DNA of 64,000 nt from Mobula birostris (Eukaryota), in NCBI RefSeq assembly GCF_030028105.1, contig NC_092376.1, positions 116,682,230 to 116,746,229 of the forward strand, written 5' to 3'. The position numbers and the translations under genes were made by a program. A model generated the notes under the pieces. It was not told the DNA's origin and searched no databases. It saw only the letters and a list, made by a program, of their open reading frames with translations. Below, piece by piece: positions 1 through 12,572 of this stretch; position 1 is the stretch's first letter; every line of letters starts with the position of its first letter.

Positions 1-989
1 GGGTTTGGGGTTGAAATCCATCACCAGGGTCTATTAGTTTTGTATTCTTTTCCATAGATGATGCCTGGCCTTATCACCAACAGTTTGGACATGGCCCAAG
101 TGCGGAGTGAGAGACACTGAAGCGGGTCGATAATTCAGACAGTAATGCGAACAGTGTTAAAGGGAAAAGAAAACAATAAGTGCCAGGCCAAACAGGGCTG
201 TTAACTAAAACTCTCAAATGGAAAACGAAACCTATACTGCGGCTGAAAAGAACAACTAAATATTAAATGAAAACCGCTAGTCTTCAGAGTCAGTTGTCTC
301 AACAGTCCAATTTCTCAGGCAAGGCCAAATGCAAACAGACAGCGAAGCGTTGCTGTGCTGTGTCCAAGTCTTGACTGCACTATGATGACAAGTGTGGAGT
401 TAAATACAATCACAATGAAATAATTAGCTGACATGTGCATATTCACTTGCACAATTGCCGTATCTACTGCGCTGCCGAATCTGTGGTTGTGACAGGCCTG
501 CTGAGTTCCTCCAGCATTTTGTGTGTGTTGAAGTTATCCTTGCATTGGGAAGCTGCAATTCATTGGTCTCCATTGTAATGGGGCTAGAACCTCTTCTGTT
601 CATAACATAACAATGTCTTAGCTCAAGGACATTTCCAAGATTTAATGATGGATCCTCACCTGTCTGTGTGAGATTTACTGAGAATACAAGGAGAAATCAG
701 CAGAAAAGAGAGGTCTAGCTAAACAGACAAGCACATGATGAATGGAATATAATGTGTTGAAATGTGACATGATCCACTTCAGTAGGAACATTAGAAAAAC
801 AGATTTTTGTTATATGGTGAGTGAATCAACATTGAAACCATCTAGGTGTCTGTGTACATGGTCACTGAAAAATAAGTAAGGCAATAAGAAGATACACAAT
901 AAAAAAAACTTGAATAAAAGAAATAAATGTTCATATATTGATTCTAGGTTTAACAGCCTGTTTAAGATTTTTACTGCTATGCCGTAGGT

Positions 990-1499
990 GTTTCAATTTA
1001 GCAGTTCTGTTTTCAGCTTGTTTGGGTTTGATCTGAGATAAAGAGCTTTGTTGTTCAGCTTAGGATGTCAGCCAATCAGGATGGTGGAATTGGGAGGGGG
1101 TTCTGGAGAACACTGGGTGGAGAGGTCTTTGCTGGGAGAAGACAGGAGAAAAGATGGCTGAGGATGCCATTCCTATTCCACAAGGTGTTTTGTGCAGATG
1201 AGTGGCTTCAAGAAGGAAGACCAATACTTGTGAGGGAGAGCCCGCTTGTTTGAGATGGATTTTGAGTGACGTTAGGAAGGTGCAGTGTGTACATCAAAAA
1301 CCAAAAGCGTTTGGAAGATTTGAGCTCCACCGTGCATATGTGACTGTTTAACTATAATAGGCCTTTTTTTGTTTTTTTTTCTTTCCTTTAACAACTGGCT
1401 GCTTAAGTTGACATTTTTAAATATACTTCTTTATAAATGTATGCGGTGTATGATCTGTTATTTCTTGCCAATGGCGATTGCCGGGGGCAGCAAATCACA
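990..1499. repeat. LTR-like fragment
   Basis: Absent from paralogous units; ends ...gggcagcaaatcaca immediately before a CR1 fragment. Family not identified. Confidence 0.3.
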
Positions 1500-3303
1500 A
1501 AGGATTCACACAAACCTTGAAGAGCAAGAGGATAAGATATGAGAGAATAGGGCCAATCAAATGTGACAATGGAAAAGTGTATATGGAACCGGAGAAAATA
1601 GCAGAGGTATTTAATGAATACTTTGCTTCAGTATTCACTATGGAAAAGGATCTTGGTGATTGTAGGGATGACTTGCAGTGCACTGAAAAGCTTGAGAATG
1701 TAGATATTAGGAAAGAGGATATGCTGGAGCTTTTGGAAAGCATCAAGTTGGATAAGTCACTGGGACCGAACAAAACGTACCCCAGTCTACTGTGGGAAGC
1801 CAGGGAGGAGATTGCTGAGCCTCTGGCAATGATCTTTGCATCATCAACGAGGACGGAGGAGGTTCTGAAGGATTGGAGAGTTAGGATGTTGTTCCCTTAT
1901 TCAAGAAAGGGAGCAGAGATATCCCAAGAAATTATAGGCCAGTGAGTCTTACTTCAGTGGTTGGTAAGCTGATGGAGAAGATCCTGAGAGGCAGGATTTA
2001 TGAACATTTGGAGAGGCATAACATGATTAGGAGTAGTCAGTATTGCTTTGTCAAAGGCAGGTCGTGCCTTATAAGCCTGATTGAATTTTTTGAGGATGTG
2101 ACTAAGCACATTGATGAAGGTAAAGCTGTAGATGTAGTGTAGATGGATTTTAGCAAGGCATTTGATAAGGTACCCCATGCAAGGCTTATTGAGAAAGTAA
2201 GGAGGCATGGGATCCAAGGGGACATTGCTTTGTGGATCCAGAACTGGCTTGCCCACAGAAGGCATAGAGTGGTTGCAGATGGGTCATATTCTGCACGGAG
2301 TCCGGTGACCAGTGGTGTGCCTCAGGGATCTGTTCTGGGACCCCTACTCTTTGTGATTTTTATAAATGACCTAGACGAGGAAGTGGAGGGATGGTTAGTA
2401 AATTTGCTGATGACACAAGGGTTGGGTGTGTTGTAGATAATGTCATACAGGGCTGTTATACAGGATATTGATAGGATGCAAAACTGGGCTAATAAGTGGC
2501 AGTTGGAGATCAACCCAGATAAGTGTGAGGTGGTTCATTTTGGTAGGTCAAATATGATGGCAGAATATAGTATTAATGGTAAGACTCTTGGCAGTGTGGA
2601 GGATCAGAGGGATCTTGGGGTCCATAGAACACTCAAAGCTGCTATGCAGGTTGACTCTGTGGTTAAGAAGGCATATGGTGCATTGGCCTTCATCAATTGT
2701 GGGATTGAGTTTAAGAGCCGAGAGGTAATATTGCAGCTATATATGACCCTGGTCAGACCTCACTTGGAGTACTGTGCTCAGTTCTGGTCGCCTCACTATA
2801 GGAAGGACGTGGAAACCATAGAAAGGGTGCAGAGGAGATTTACAAGGATATTGCCTGGACTGGGGAGCATGCCTTATGAGAATAGGTTGAGTGAAATCGG
2901 CCTTTTCTCCTTGGAGTGATGGAGGATGAGTGGTGACTTGACAGAGGTGTACAAGATAATGAGAAGCATTGATCATGTGGATAGTCAGAGGCTTTTCCCC
3001 AGGGCTGAATTGGCTAGCACGAGACAGCATAGTTTTAAGGGGCTTGGAAATAGGTACAGAGGAAGTGTCAGGGGTAAGTTTTTTACGCAGAGAGTGGCGA
3101 GTGCATGGAATGGGTTGCCGGCCGCGGTGGTGGAGGCAGAAACGATAGGGTCTTTTAAGGGACTCTTGGATGGTTACATGGAGATTAATAGAGGGCTATA
3201 GGTAAAGCCTAGGTAGTTCTAAGGTAGGGACATGTTCAGCACAGCTTTGTGGGCGGAAGGGCCTGTATTGTTCTGTATGTTTTTTATGTTTCTATGTTTC
3301 TAA
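1500..3303 (+). mobile_element. CR1 LINE, 5'-truncated, degraded ORF2 (RT)
   Basis: ORF fragments [26 protein letters not shown] and VRPHLEYCAQFWSPH; (ATGTTTCT)n-type tail. Confidence 0.95.
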
Positions 3304-4559
3304 ACCGGGGTTTGGGTGGGTGAAACACCCCAACCTCAGGGATTTGGTGGGACCAAAGTCATATACACCCTAGACATACAAAGCCAGAGAAAGGTGGGTT
3401 TCTTGCTGTGGGATCCAGTGGCACATTAGTGAGGGGCTGATGAGCTACATTTCCATAGACACCCAGGAAAAAGGTTTCACATGCAAATATATATCGTTCT
3501 TTACCCAGACGTTGAGGAGAAGGCAGAACTTAGAAGAATGAGAGATGAGCTCATTGAAATGCATAAAATTCTGAGAGGGTGTGAAAGAGTAGGTGTCTGA
3601 GAAGCATTGCCTATCAAGAATAGAGATCATCATCTCAAAATAAGGGGTCATTATTCAGGATTGGGATGGAATGAAATTTATGAGGGAACAAAGGATATAT
3701 CTGGAGATTTACCAACAGTGTAAAACCAAGTGGGACTGGGAGCACAGAAGAGGATAGGAACAGGCAGACAAGCCCAGTGAGTGGACAAGAAAACCTGTCA
3801 CCTAAGAAAGGTTGCACTTGCCATAGGCAGAGTGCAAAGAAGATTCAGGGTTGGCAGGGTTTCTATATGAAGAGATATTGAGTAGACTTGAACTGTACTC
3901 TCTTCAACTTCAATAAAACATACTAAATCCTTCAAGGACTTGGCAGAACAAAATGCAAGGAAGGTGCTTTTCTAATTGAGGAACCTAGAACTTAAGGAAG
4001 GCCAGCCAGGACATACATGAGAAGATCTTTAATGTGGTGGTGAAGCTTTAGGCTGTAGATGCCTATTCTTTGTATTTGTTCAAAACACAGGTCGATAGAT
4101 ATCTGGACATGGAGTCAAGAGATACAGGACAGTGGTGGAAATGGCGCTGAGGTAGATGATCAACCACAATGATAATGAATGGTGGAACTGCCAGGAATGT
4201 CCAATGGACAACTCCTGCTTCTGTTTGTTATGGTCCTATGACAGCAGCATTAACACTGTTATTAACACCCAAAACCCATTGTTTTGTGTTGTATATCTGA
4301 TGCAACACACAAAACATTCCTCTCCACAGAATCTCAGACAATGCACTCTTTGTCTATATCACATTGTACTGTCCTGCCGTTTTCATCCCGCACATTATCC
4401 ATTCTACTGGATATACAACAGAGTAAACAATAAATCAGTATCGATTATGTTATTTCTTGTGCTGTCGGGGCAGAAGAGGGCCGTTCAGCCCATCGAGAAC
4501 ATATTATCTGCCCAAAATTCCCATCAGATACATCCCCCATATCTCACTGGAAACAGCTC

Positions 4560-4792
4560 CCCACAATTGTCCTGCCGTTAATTTACACTAGAGGCAGATT
4601 ACACTGACCGATTAACCTACCAAAGAATCATGTAATATTGAATTCTCTACCGTCCAAAACCCGGTCTCAGAGCACCGGAGAAAGCAAGGAAGGACATATG
4701 ATTTCCACACACTTAGCAGAGGAGCTCGGGATCGAACCAGAATCACAGGGGATGTGTGGAAAATACACTAGCATCTACACCGCTATGCCGCC
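4560..4792 (-). mobile_element. Degenerate tRNA-derived SINE (HE1-like) just downstream of IgV exon 1
   Basis: Minus strand starts GGCGGCATAGCGGTGTAG (A-box-like); B box GGTTCGATCCC at 4738-4728. Paralogous copy at about 22650-22903. Confidence 0.55.
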
Positions 4793-4830
4793 GTTTCTGA
4801 CACAGAATTATGTAACATTGAGCTGCTTAC

Positions 4831-5178
4831 CGCCCAAAACCCGGAGATTCAAATTCGTTTTCAGATCATTAAACGGTCCCGGAATCTGCACACGGCAGCA
4901 ATACCAGCCGCTATCTTCTCTCTGTAGATCATTTATAGTGGGCGACACATCTCCTGCCGCAATTCTACCACCAAGACTGTATCTCTGGGATGTTACAGAA
5001 GTTACTCTGTCTCCATTTGTTCCGAACAGTTCATCTCCCCAGTTCCTAACACCACACTGTCCCCGACCCCAGCACATCCCACTTTTGATATATTTTCGGA
5101 CAGAATAGCGGCACGGCAGTGTGATCGACTGTCCCGTGACTCCTCGCACGTTTGTCCCAGAGACGAAGGCGACTCGAC
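4831..5178 (-). CDS. TIM-family (HAVCR1/TIMD4-like) IgV exon, copy 1
   Basis: Acceptor ttcag|GT CGA and donor G|GTAAGC; 348 nt, phase 1-1. Translation has TLPCRYS...MCWGRGQC...TNG..V....RY.L.G.I..GDVS.TI..L..EDSGWYCCRVQIPGPFND, the TIM IgV signature. The exact orthologue cannot be assigned. Confidence 0.93.
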
Positions 5179-5660
5179 CTGAAGCAGTCCCGGAAAGAAA
5201 GTTACAGATGGCGCTGAATGGGATGATGAAAGAGGGTGTGTGCACAGTTTGAAAACCCGTCCCAGCATTGGGAAACTGATCCATTTTACCTGCTGCGAGG
5301 CATCGGGGGAATATTACGGAAAATCCCCAAATCGAAAGGACATCTCTGATCACAGATCCAGCCTCTCGTTCATTTTCCCACTCACATACCCACTGTGCTC
5401 CCAAACTAACCTTCACCGCAATAATCATGGATACACAAGGATCAGGTGTTCTACAGTCCATTCAGATCAGCACTGGTCAGTTCTCCAAGTTCACTCGCCC
5501 CGTCAGTTCACCCTTCAATCTTCAAACCCGGCAGACCCGGCACCACTCAGGGTCTAGGCTCCCTGACTCACACACCAGCTCCACCTCAATTACTGTATTC
5601 CAAGAAATTGTAACAACAAGATTGAGCAAGCTAATTCAATTCCTGCTTTCAGTAACGTAC

Positions 5661-5712
5661 CTAACAGAAGAAACATTATTGTCAAATGAGCCACAACGCC
5701 AGTAACAGCCAT
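5661..5712 (-). CDS. TIM-family gene copy 1, signal-peptide exon (MAVTGVVAHLTIMFLLL-G)
   Basis: Minus strand reads gacgcgATGG (good Kozak), then 17 hydrophobic codons plus 1 nt, then donor G|GTACGT. Phase 1 matches the IgV exon. Conserved in the paralog at 24021-24072. Confidence 0.85.
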
Positions 5713-7882
5713 CGCGTCGGACACTGTGGCGGCCGCTCTCCGTGTCGCTGCAGCAGATGCTGTGGCTGCGAGTTAAACTGTTGCTTTCGGCTTGTCGTGG
5801 ACAAGAGTTCCTTCCACACGGGAACACGGGTGTTGTTCACCGACACCCCCGAAAAATGAGCCAAATATTATCAAATACTCGGCCCCTCCCTGGCGTTACC
5901 ATCAAAGTCTAAATGCGTACGGATTTCCTTCAATTTCTTTCATTCCCGGCTTTTTGATAAGACAGTTCTGATCACAGATGTGACGCTACATCGTCAGAAA
6001 TTCGTGTCTGAAATGTCCATCAGTAACACGAGTGGGCAAGTGGGCAAGCGTCCTACTGGCTGTTTGAACTACTGTGTCGCTGGTCTGGTTGAGTCCTGTC
6101 ACTTTGTGTCACGTTTCAATGTTTTGTGCGTGAAGGGAACGGAGGGTGAAGGAGAGAGTGAGCGAAAGATCAAGAGACCCAAAAAGGGTGATTCCACTAT
6201 TTTCTGTTTTAACTCCAGCCTGGTCTGCACTGGCAGTCTAAATTTGGTCTGTCAACCTAGTTCAAGACTGGAGTCAAGGTCATTTGTTGGTGAGGAGTGA
6301 AGGGACTTTCAATCTCTGTCCAACTGTGAAGAGGCTTAATAGTGGCACAAGAGTCTCTGAACTGCAAATTGTAGCCGCAGTTTTACTTTATTCAATCATG
6401 TTGTAATAAGCATGGACACAGGGAGTGATACTGGTGCTGTGGTCAGACCTGGTACTAGGGATGACTACATCAGATGTCTAGTGCACTTCCCGGGCAGCTC
6501 ACAGGTAAAGGTGAGATGAAGATCAGACCCCAGTAATTGGGAGGTGACTGGCTGATTGATGTGAAGAAGAAATATCAAGGAGGTGGGGAGTCAGTGGGAG
6601 GTGGGGAAGTGATCGGAAGCATGGAGTGTGAGAAAGAGTGAGCAGGGAAAATGAACCATGATAATGGCCAGAAGGAGATGGACAGAAACAACAGAACAAG
6701 ACTGATTTCCCTAGCCAGGGTATTCAGTTATTTTTCATGCAGAACAACTGTAATTAAATGTAATGTAGGGCCTGATAATGATTTATATTGCATCATTAAA
6801 GCTAAAAAAAAATCAGGCAGACAGAATTGAACATAACACCAAAGAATGGAAGTATTAGGATGATGATTTACAGAGGGATAAAGATGCTCAGTGCCCCAGA
6901 TCCAGGCTGCAGATATATATTCATTCTGTCTCAGAATGCTGTGCCTCCAATTTATGAGGAGCGATGATAAGTGAGCAATTTGCAGACAAAGAGAGTGATT
7001 GTCTGAACACCTGGTGATGCAAAGAGCTGTTCAGATATATTCTGACCAAATGGACCACCGATGTGTTCAAACAATGACTTGATCTTGAACTCTCCAAATA
7101 TATTGAGAGTATACATTGAAGCGTGGGGGAAGGGTGGTGTGAATTGCTGTCTGTGACTCCAGTTATTCATTGTTCTCTCTCTGTGGCAGGTATGTCTCTT
7201 CATTGTTAAGAAACCAAAACTCTGCATGACCTGCCCAGTGCAGTCTTGCCAAGGCTCTGTACAACTACAGTACGACTCTGTTACTTCAATGTTCAAAGCT
7301 TCTAATAATAAATAGTGTAGCCCCCCTGGCCAGCCTCAGGGTCGCTTGGCTCGCTGTCGTCTAGGGAAACAGCCCTCAGCCCTGCCAAACTGGGTAACAG
7401 TTTGTGTGGATGCTGTGTGATGTACCCCACCCCGTCCAAATAACAGACAATACACCAGATATGATTAAGTGATTTACAGTTTATAGATATTACTGGAACT
7501 ATATAATTAATAGAGAATAAAATATAAAAGGAAAATCAAAGGCGCCACACTTATCAAAGTTCAATCTCTTTGTGCACAAACAGTTGGAGCTCAGGACCCT
7601 TCTTCTTCGCCCTGCGACCCCTCAGACCACCTCGCCTGGCCGCCTGGGACCAACAACGGTGGTCGACCAGATGCTCCACACGAGTCCGTCTCCGTCTCCT
7701 CTCCTCGCCAAACGTCCCGCTCGGGGTCCAACTCTGTTAGCGGATTCACAGCACCTGGTCCATCCTCTGTCCCTCTCTCCCGCCTTCTCCCCGAATATCT
7801 TACAGATACACCAAAAACATAACAACTACCGCAATTGGTTCATAACATCTTCTTATCAGTAACATGATTCAACCGACTGCTA

Positions 7883-10800
7883 ACATAGAACATAGAATAG
7901 TACAGCACAGTAGAGGCCCTTCAGCCCACAATGTTGTGCCGACCTTTAAACCCTGCCTCCCGTATAAGCCCCCACATTAAATTCCTCCATATACCTGTCT
8001 AGTAGTCTCTTAAACTTCACTAGTGTATCTGCCTCCATAAGTGACTCAGGCAGTGCATTCCACGCACCAACCACTCTCTGAGTAAAAAACCTTCCTCTAA
8101 TATCCCCCTTGAACTTCTCACCCCTTACCTTAAAGCCATGTCCTCTTGTATTGAGCAGTGGTGCCCTGGGGAAGAGGCACTGGCTATCCACTCTATCTAT
8201 TCCTCTTATTATCTTGTACACCTCTATCATGTCTCCTCTCATCCTCCTTCTCTCCAAAGAGTAAGCCCTAGCTCCCTTAATCTCTGATCATAATGCATAC
8301 TTTCTAAACCAGGCAGCATCCTGGTAAGTCTCCTCTGTACCCTTTCCAATGCTTTCACATCCTTCCTATAGTGAGGTGACCAGAACTGGACACATTACTC
8401 CAAGTGTGGCCTAACCAGAGTTTTATAGAGCTGCATCATTACATCGCGACTCTTAAACTCTATCCCTTGACTTATGAAAGCTAACACCCCATAAGCTTTC
8501 TTAACTACCCTATCCAACTGTGAGACAACTTTTAGGGATCTGTGGACATGTACTCCAAGATCCTTCTGTTCCTCCACACTACCAGGTATCCTGCCATTTA
8601 CTTTGTACTCTGCCTTGGAGTTTGTCCTTCCAAAGTGTACCGCCTCACACTTCTCCGGGTTGAACTCCATCTGCCACTTCTCAGACCACTCCTGCATCCT
8701 ATCAATGTCTCTCTGCAATCTTTGACAATCTCTACACTATCTACAACACCATCAACCTTTGTGTCGTCTGCAATCTTGCCAACCCACCCTTCTACCCCCA
8801 CATCCAGGTCATTAATAAAAATCAGGAAAAGTAGAGGTCCCAGAACAGATCCTTGTGGGACACCACTAGTCACAATCCTCCAGTCTGAATGTACTCCCTC
8901 CACCACCACCCTCTGCCTTCTGCAGGCAAGCCAATTCTGAATCCACCTGGCCAAACTTCCCTGGATCCCACGCCTTCTAACTTTCTGAATAAGCCTACCG
9001 TGTGGAACCTTGTCAAATGCCTTACGAAAATCCATATAGATCACATCCACTGCACTACCCTCATCTATATGCCTGGTCACCTCCTCAAAGAACTCTATCA
9101 GGCTTTTTAGACACGATCTGCCCTTCACAAAGCCACGCTGACTGTCCCTGATCAGACCATGATTCTCTAAATGCCTATAGATCCTATCTCTAAGAATCTT
9201 TTCCAACAGCTTTCCAACAAATGTAAGGCTCACTGGTCTATAATTACCCGGACTATTCCTACTACCTTTTTTGAACAAGGGGACAACATTCGCCTCCCTC
9301 CAATCCTCCGGTACCATTCTCGTGGACAACGAGGACATAAAGATCCTAGCCAGAGGCTCAGCAATCTCTTCCCTCGCCTCGTGGAGCAGCCTGGGGAATA
9401 TTCCGTCAGGCCTCGGGGACTTATCTGTCCTAATGTATTTTAACAACTCCAACACCTCCTCTCCATTAATATCAACATGCTCCAGAACATCAACCTCACT
9501 CATATTGTCCTCACCATCATCAAGTTCCCTCTCATTGGTGAATACCGAAGAAAAGTATTCATTGAGGACCTCGCTCACTTCCATAGCCTCCTGGTACATT
9601 TTCCCACCTTTATCTCTAATCGGTCCTACCTTCACTCCTGTCATCCTTTTTTTCTGCACATAATTGAAGAATGCCTTGGGGTTTTCCTTTACCCTATTCG
9701 CCAAGGCCTTCTCATGCCCCCTTCTTGCTCTTCTCAGCCCCTTCTTAAGCTCCTTTCTTGCTTCCCTATATTCTTCAATAGACCCATCTGATCCTTGCTT
9801 CCTAAACCTCATGTACGCTGCCTTCTTCCACCTGACTAGATTTTCCACCTCACTTGTCACCCATGGTTACTTCACCTTACCATTCTTTATCTTCCTCACC
9901 GGGACAAATTTATCCCTAACATCCCGCAGGAAGTCTCTAAACATCGACCACATGTCCATAGTACATTTCCCTGCAAAAACATCATCCCAATTCACACCCG
10001 CATGTTCTAGCCTTATAGCCTCATAATTTGCTCTTCGCTAATTAAAAATTTTCCTGTCATCTCTGATTCTATCCTTTTCCATGATAATGCTAAAGCCCAG
10101 GGAGCGGTAGTCACTGTTCCCCAGATGCTCACCCACTGAGAGATCTGTGACCTGACCCAGTTCATTACCTAGTACTAGATCTAGTATGGCATTCCTCCTG
10201 GTTGGCCTGTGCACATACTGTGACAGGAATCCATCCTGGACACACTTAAACCTTTGGAACTAATCAGGTGCTAATCAATATTAGGGAAGTTAAAGTCACC
10301 TATGATAACAACCCTGTTATTTTTGCACCTTTCCAAAATCTGCTTCCCAATCTGCTCCTCTGTATCTCTGCTGCTACCAGGGGGCCTATAGAATTCCCCT
10401 AGTAGAGTAACTGCTCCTTTCCTGTTCCTGACTTCCACCCATATTGACTCAAAAGAGGATATGGTGGGCAGGCTACATTACCCCACCTTTCTGTAGCTGT
10501 AATGGTATCCCTGACCAGTAATGTCACCCCTCCTCCACTTTTTCCACCCTCTCTATCCCTTTTAAAGCACTGAAATCCAGGAATATTGAGAATCCATTCC
10601 TGCCCTGGTGCCAGCCAAGTCTCTGTAATGGCCACTACATCATAATTCCATGTATTTATCCAAGCTCTCAGTTCATCACCTTTGTTTCTGATGTTTCTTG
10701 CATTGAGGTACACACATTTCAGCCCTTCTACCTTACTGTCTTTACACCATTTATTCTGCTTCTCTTTCCTCAAAGTCTCTCTGTAAGTTAGATCTGGCTT

Positions 10801-11900
10801 TACTCCATGCACTTCTTTCACTGCTCTATCGCTCTGGATCCCATCCCCCTGGCAAATTAGTTTAAACCCTCCCAAACCATGCTAGCAAACTTATCAGCAA
10901 GGATATTGCTCTCCCTTGAGTTCAGGTGCAACCCATCCAATCTGTACAGGTCCCACCTTCCCCAGAAGAGATCCCAATGATCTAACAATCTAAAACCCTG
11001 CTCCCTGCACCAAATCCTCAGCCACGCATTCAGCTGCCATCTCCTCCAATTCTTACCATCACTGTCACGTAGCACTGGCAGCAATCCTGAGAACGCCACC
11101 CTTGAGGTCCTGTTCTTCAGCCTTCTGCCTAGTTCCCGAAACTCACACTTCTGGACCTCATCCCTCTTTCTGCCTATGTCGTTGGTCCCAACATGTATCA
11201 CGACTTCTGGTTGCTTTCCCTCTCGTACCAGGATGTTGTGCACCCGGTCAGAGACATCCCGGACCCTGGCACCAGGGAGGCAACAAACCATGCGGGTGTC
11301 CTTCTCACGTCCACAAAATCTCCTGTCTGCTCCCCTGACTATAGAGTCTCCAATGACGACAGCTCTCCTCTTCTCCGTTCCACCCTTCTGCACCACAGGG
11401 TCAGACTCAGTGCTGGAGGCTCTGCCACCGTGGCTCACACCTGGTCGGTTGTCCCCGCCAACAGTATCCAGGACGGTAAACTTATTATTCAGGGGAATGG
11501 CTACAGAGGTGCTCTGCACTACCTGTCTGCTCACCTTCGCTTTCCCCGCTCTGACTGTCACCCAACGGCCTGCTTCCAACAGCCTAGGTGTGACTACCTC
11601 CCTGTAGCTCTCATCTATGACTGCCTCATTCTCCCTTATGAGTCGAAGGTCATTCAGGTGCTGCTCCAGATTCCTTACACGGTCTTCCAGATTGCCCAGC
11701 CGTATGCACTTCTGGCAGATGTTGACTCTGTGGGAGAGGGGAGTTCCCCCAAGACTGCCACATCTCACATGAGAGGCACATCACCATCCCAGGAGACATT
11801 GTAAAAACTAACTGCGAGCTAGCTTGTCCTCCGCCTCTTCTCGTCGAAGCCTCTCGAGTCATAGCCTCAAAGCTCCACTCCTTCACTGGCCCACTCATGC
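7883..11900 (-). mobile_element. Near full-length CR1 LINE inserted in the Gypsy 3' LTR
   Basis: ORF1 10857-11768; endonuclease fragment 10399-10875 (YLNARNIRNK, AITETWL); RT fragments 8598-9860, 8395-8718 and 7946-8257; tail AACATAGAACATAGAA at 7882 onward. Confidence 0.96.
10857..11768 (-). CDS. CR1 ORF1 (Cys-rich/coiled-coil region + SGNH esterase), open 303 aa
   Basis: CQKC, leucine-rich heptads, VVIGDSIVRG, CLPGARV, HVGTND and DGLHLN motifs. Confidence 0.9.
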   Translation of the reverse strand: MRCGSLGGTPLSHRVNICQKCIRLGNLEDRVRNLEQHLNDLRLIRENEAVIDESYREVVTPRLLEAGRWVTVRAGKAKVSRQVVQSTSVAIPLNNKFTVLDTVGGDNRPGVSHGGRASSTESDPVVQKGGTEKRRAVVIGDSIVRGADRRFCGREKDTRMVCCLPGARVRDVSDRVHNILVREGKQPEVVIHVGTNDIGRKRDEVQKCEFRELGRRLKNRTSRVAFSGLLPVLRDSDGKNWRRWQLNAWLRIWCREQGFRLLDHWDLFWGRWDLYRLDGLHLNSRESNILADKFASMVWEGLN

Positions 11901-12572
11901 ACGGGAAGGACTTTCTCAGCAGTTAACATAACAAAGAAGCCCTTTCAATTAGACTACGCAGGGACATAAAAAAAGAAACCCCTTACACTCTCCCCCCACC
12001 AAATAAAGTCATGTCCTCATGACTTCTAAATAACTCGCCAACCAGTCCTATAGACATAGAAACCCATCCAGATACACACAGTGACATTGCTCCCCAAACA
12101 ATGGACCTTCCGCCCGTCCACGGGCGCTACATAGGCCAACCTGTCTGAGAGCTCCCTAATCCTCCGAGACCTCGGTACCCCCTCACCTAAACCCTAGAGG
12201 CTCAGACACTTCTAGGGATACCTCAGGCCTGCTTGCTGAGTACTCTTTCACTCAGGCCACCATTACAACTCGGAGCCCCCTGTCCCGTGTCCGGGTCCCC
12301 GCTTCTTTTCCTTCCTGATCCTACCGTAACTCAGACTGCCCACAGCTAGCCCTCCCCACTACACCTGAGAAGGGCCAAAGGTCTCTTCCTCAATGACGGG
12401 GAAGTTAGCGAAAGGCAGCACGTACCACATGTCCAGCACATCATCCTTCGAATCCGTATTCTTCCTCATTCCCTTGATTGGTAGCTGCTGTTTGAGTTTC
12501 TCCAAACTGAAACATTTCGCTGAGGCTACCCCTTCAGCCTCCTGTTTTTCCATCCTGATGACGTCTTCCAAG

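Noticed and set aside
5279-5335. Apparent leader exon ending CLAAG|GTAAAA
   Set aside because: The homologous segments in copy 2 and the pseudogene have an in-frame TAG, and there is no in-frame ATG or clear acceptor. Treated as intronic, though a cryptic donor is possible.
4808-5461. 217-aa ORF as a single-exon TIM gene starting MDCRTP
   Set aside because: It runs through intron 1. The paralog has ATG GAC TAA at the same start, and a better conserved signal exon exists at 5661-5712.
11102-11804. Plus-strand ORFs of 143-203 aa
   Set aside because: Antisense shadows of CR1 ORF1; the same applies to most short ORFs over CR1, Gypsy and LTR repeats.
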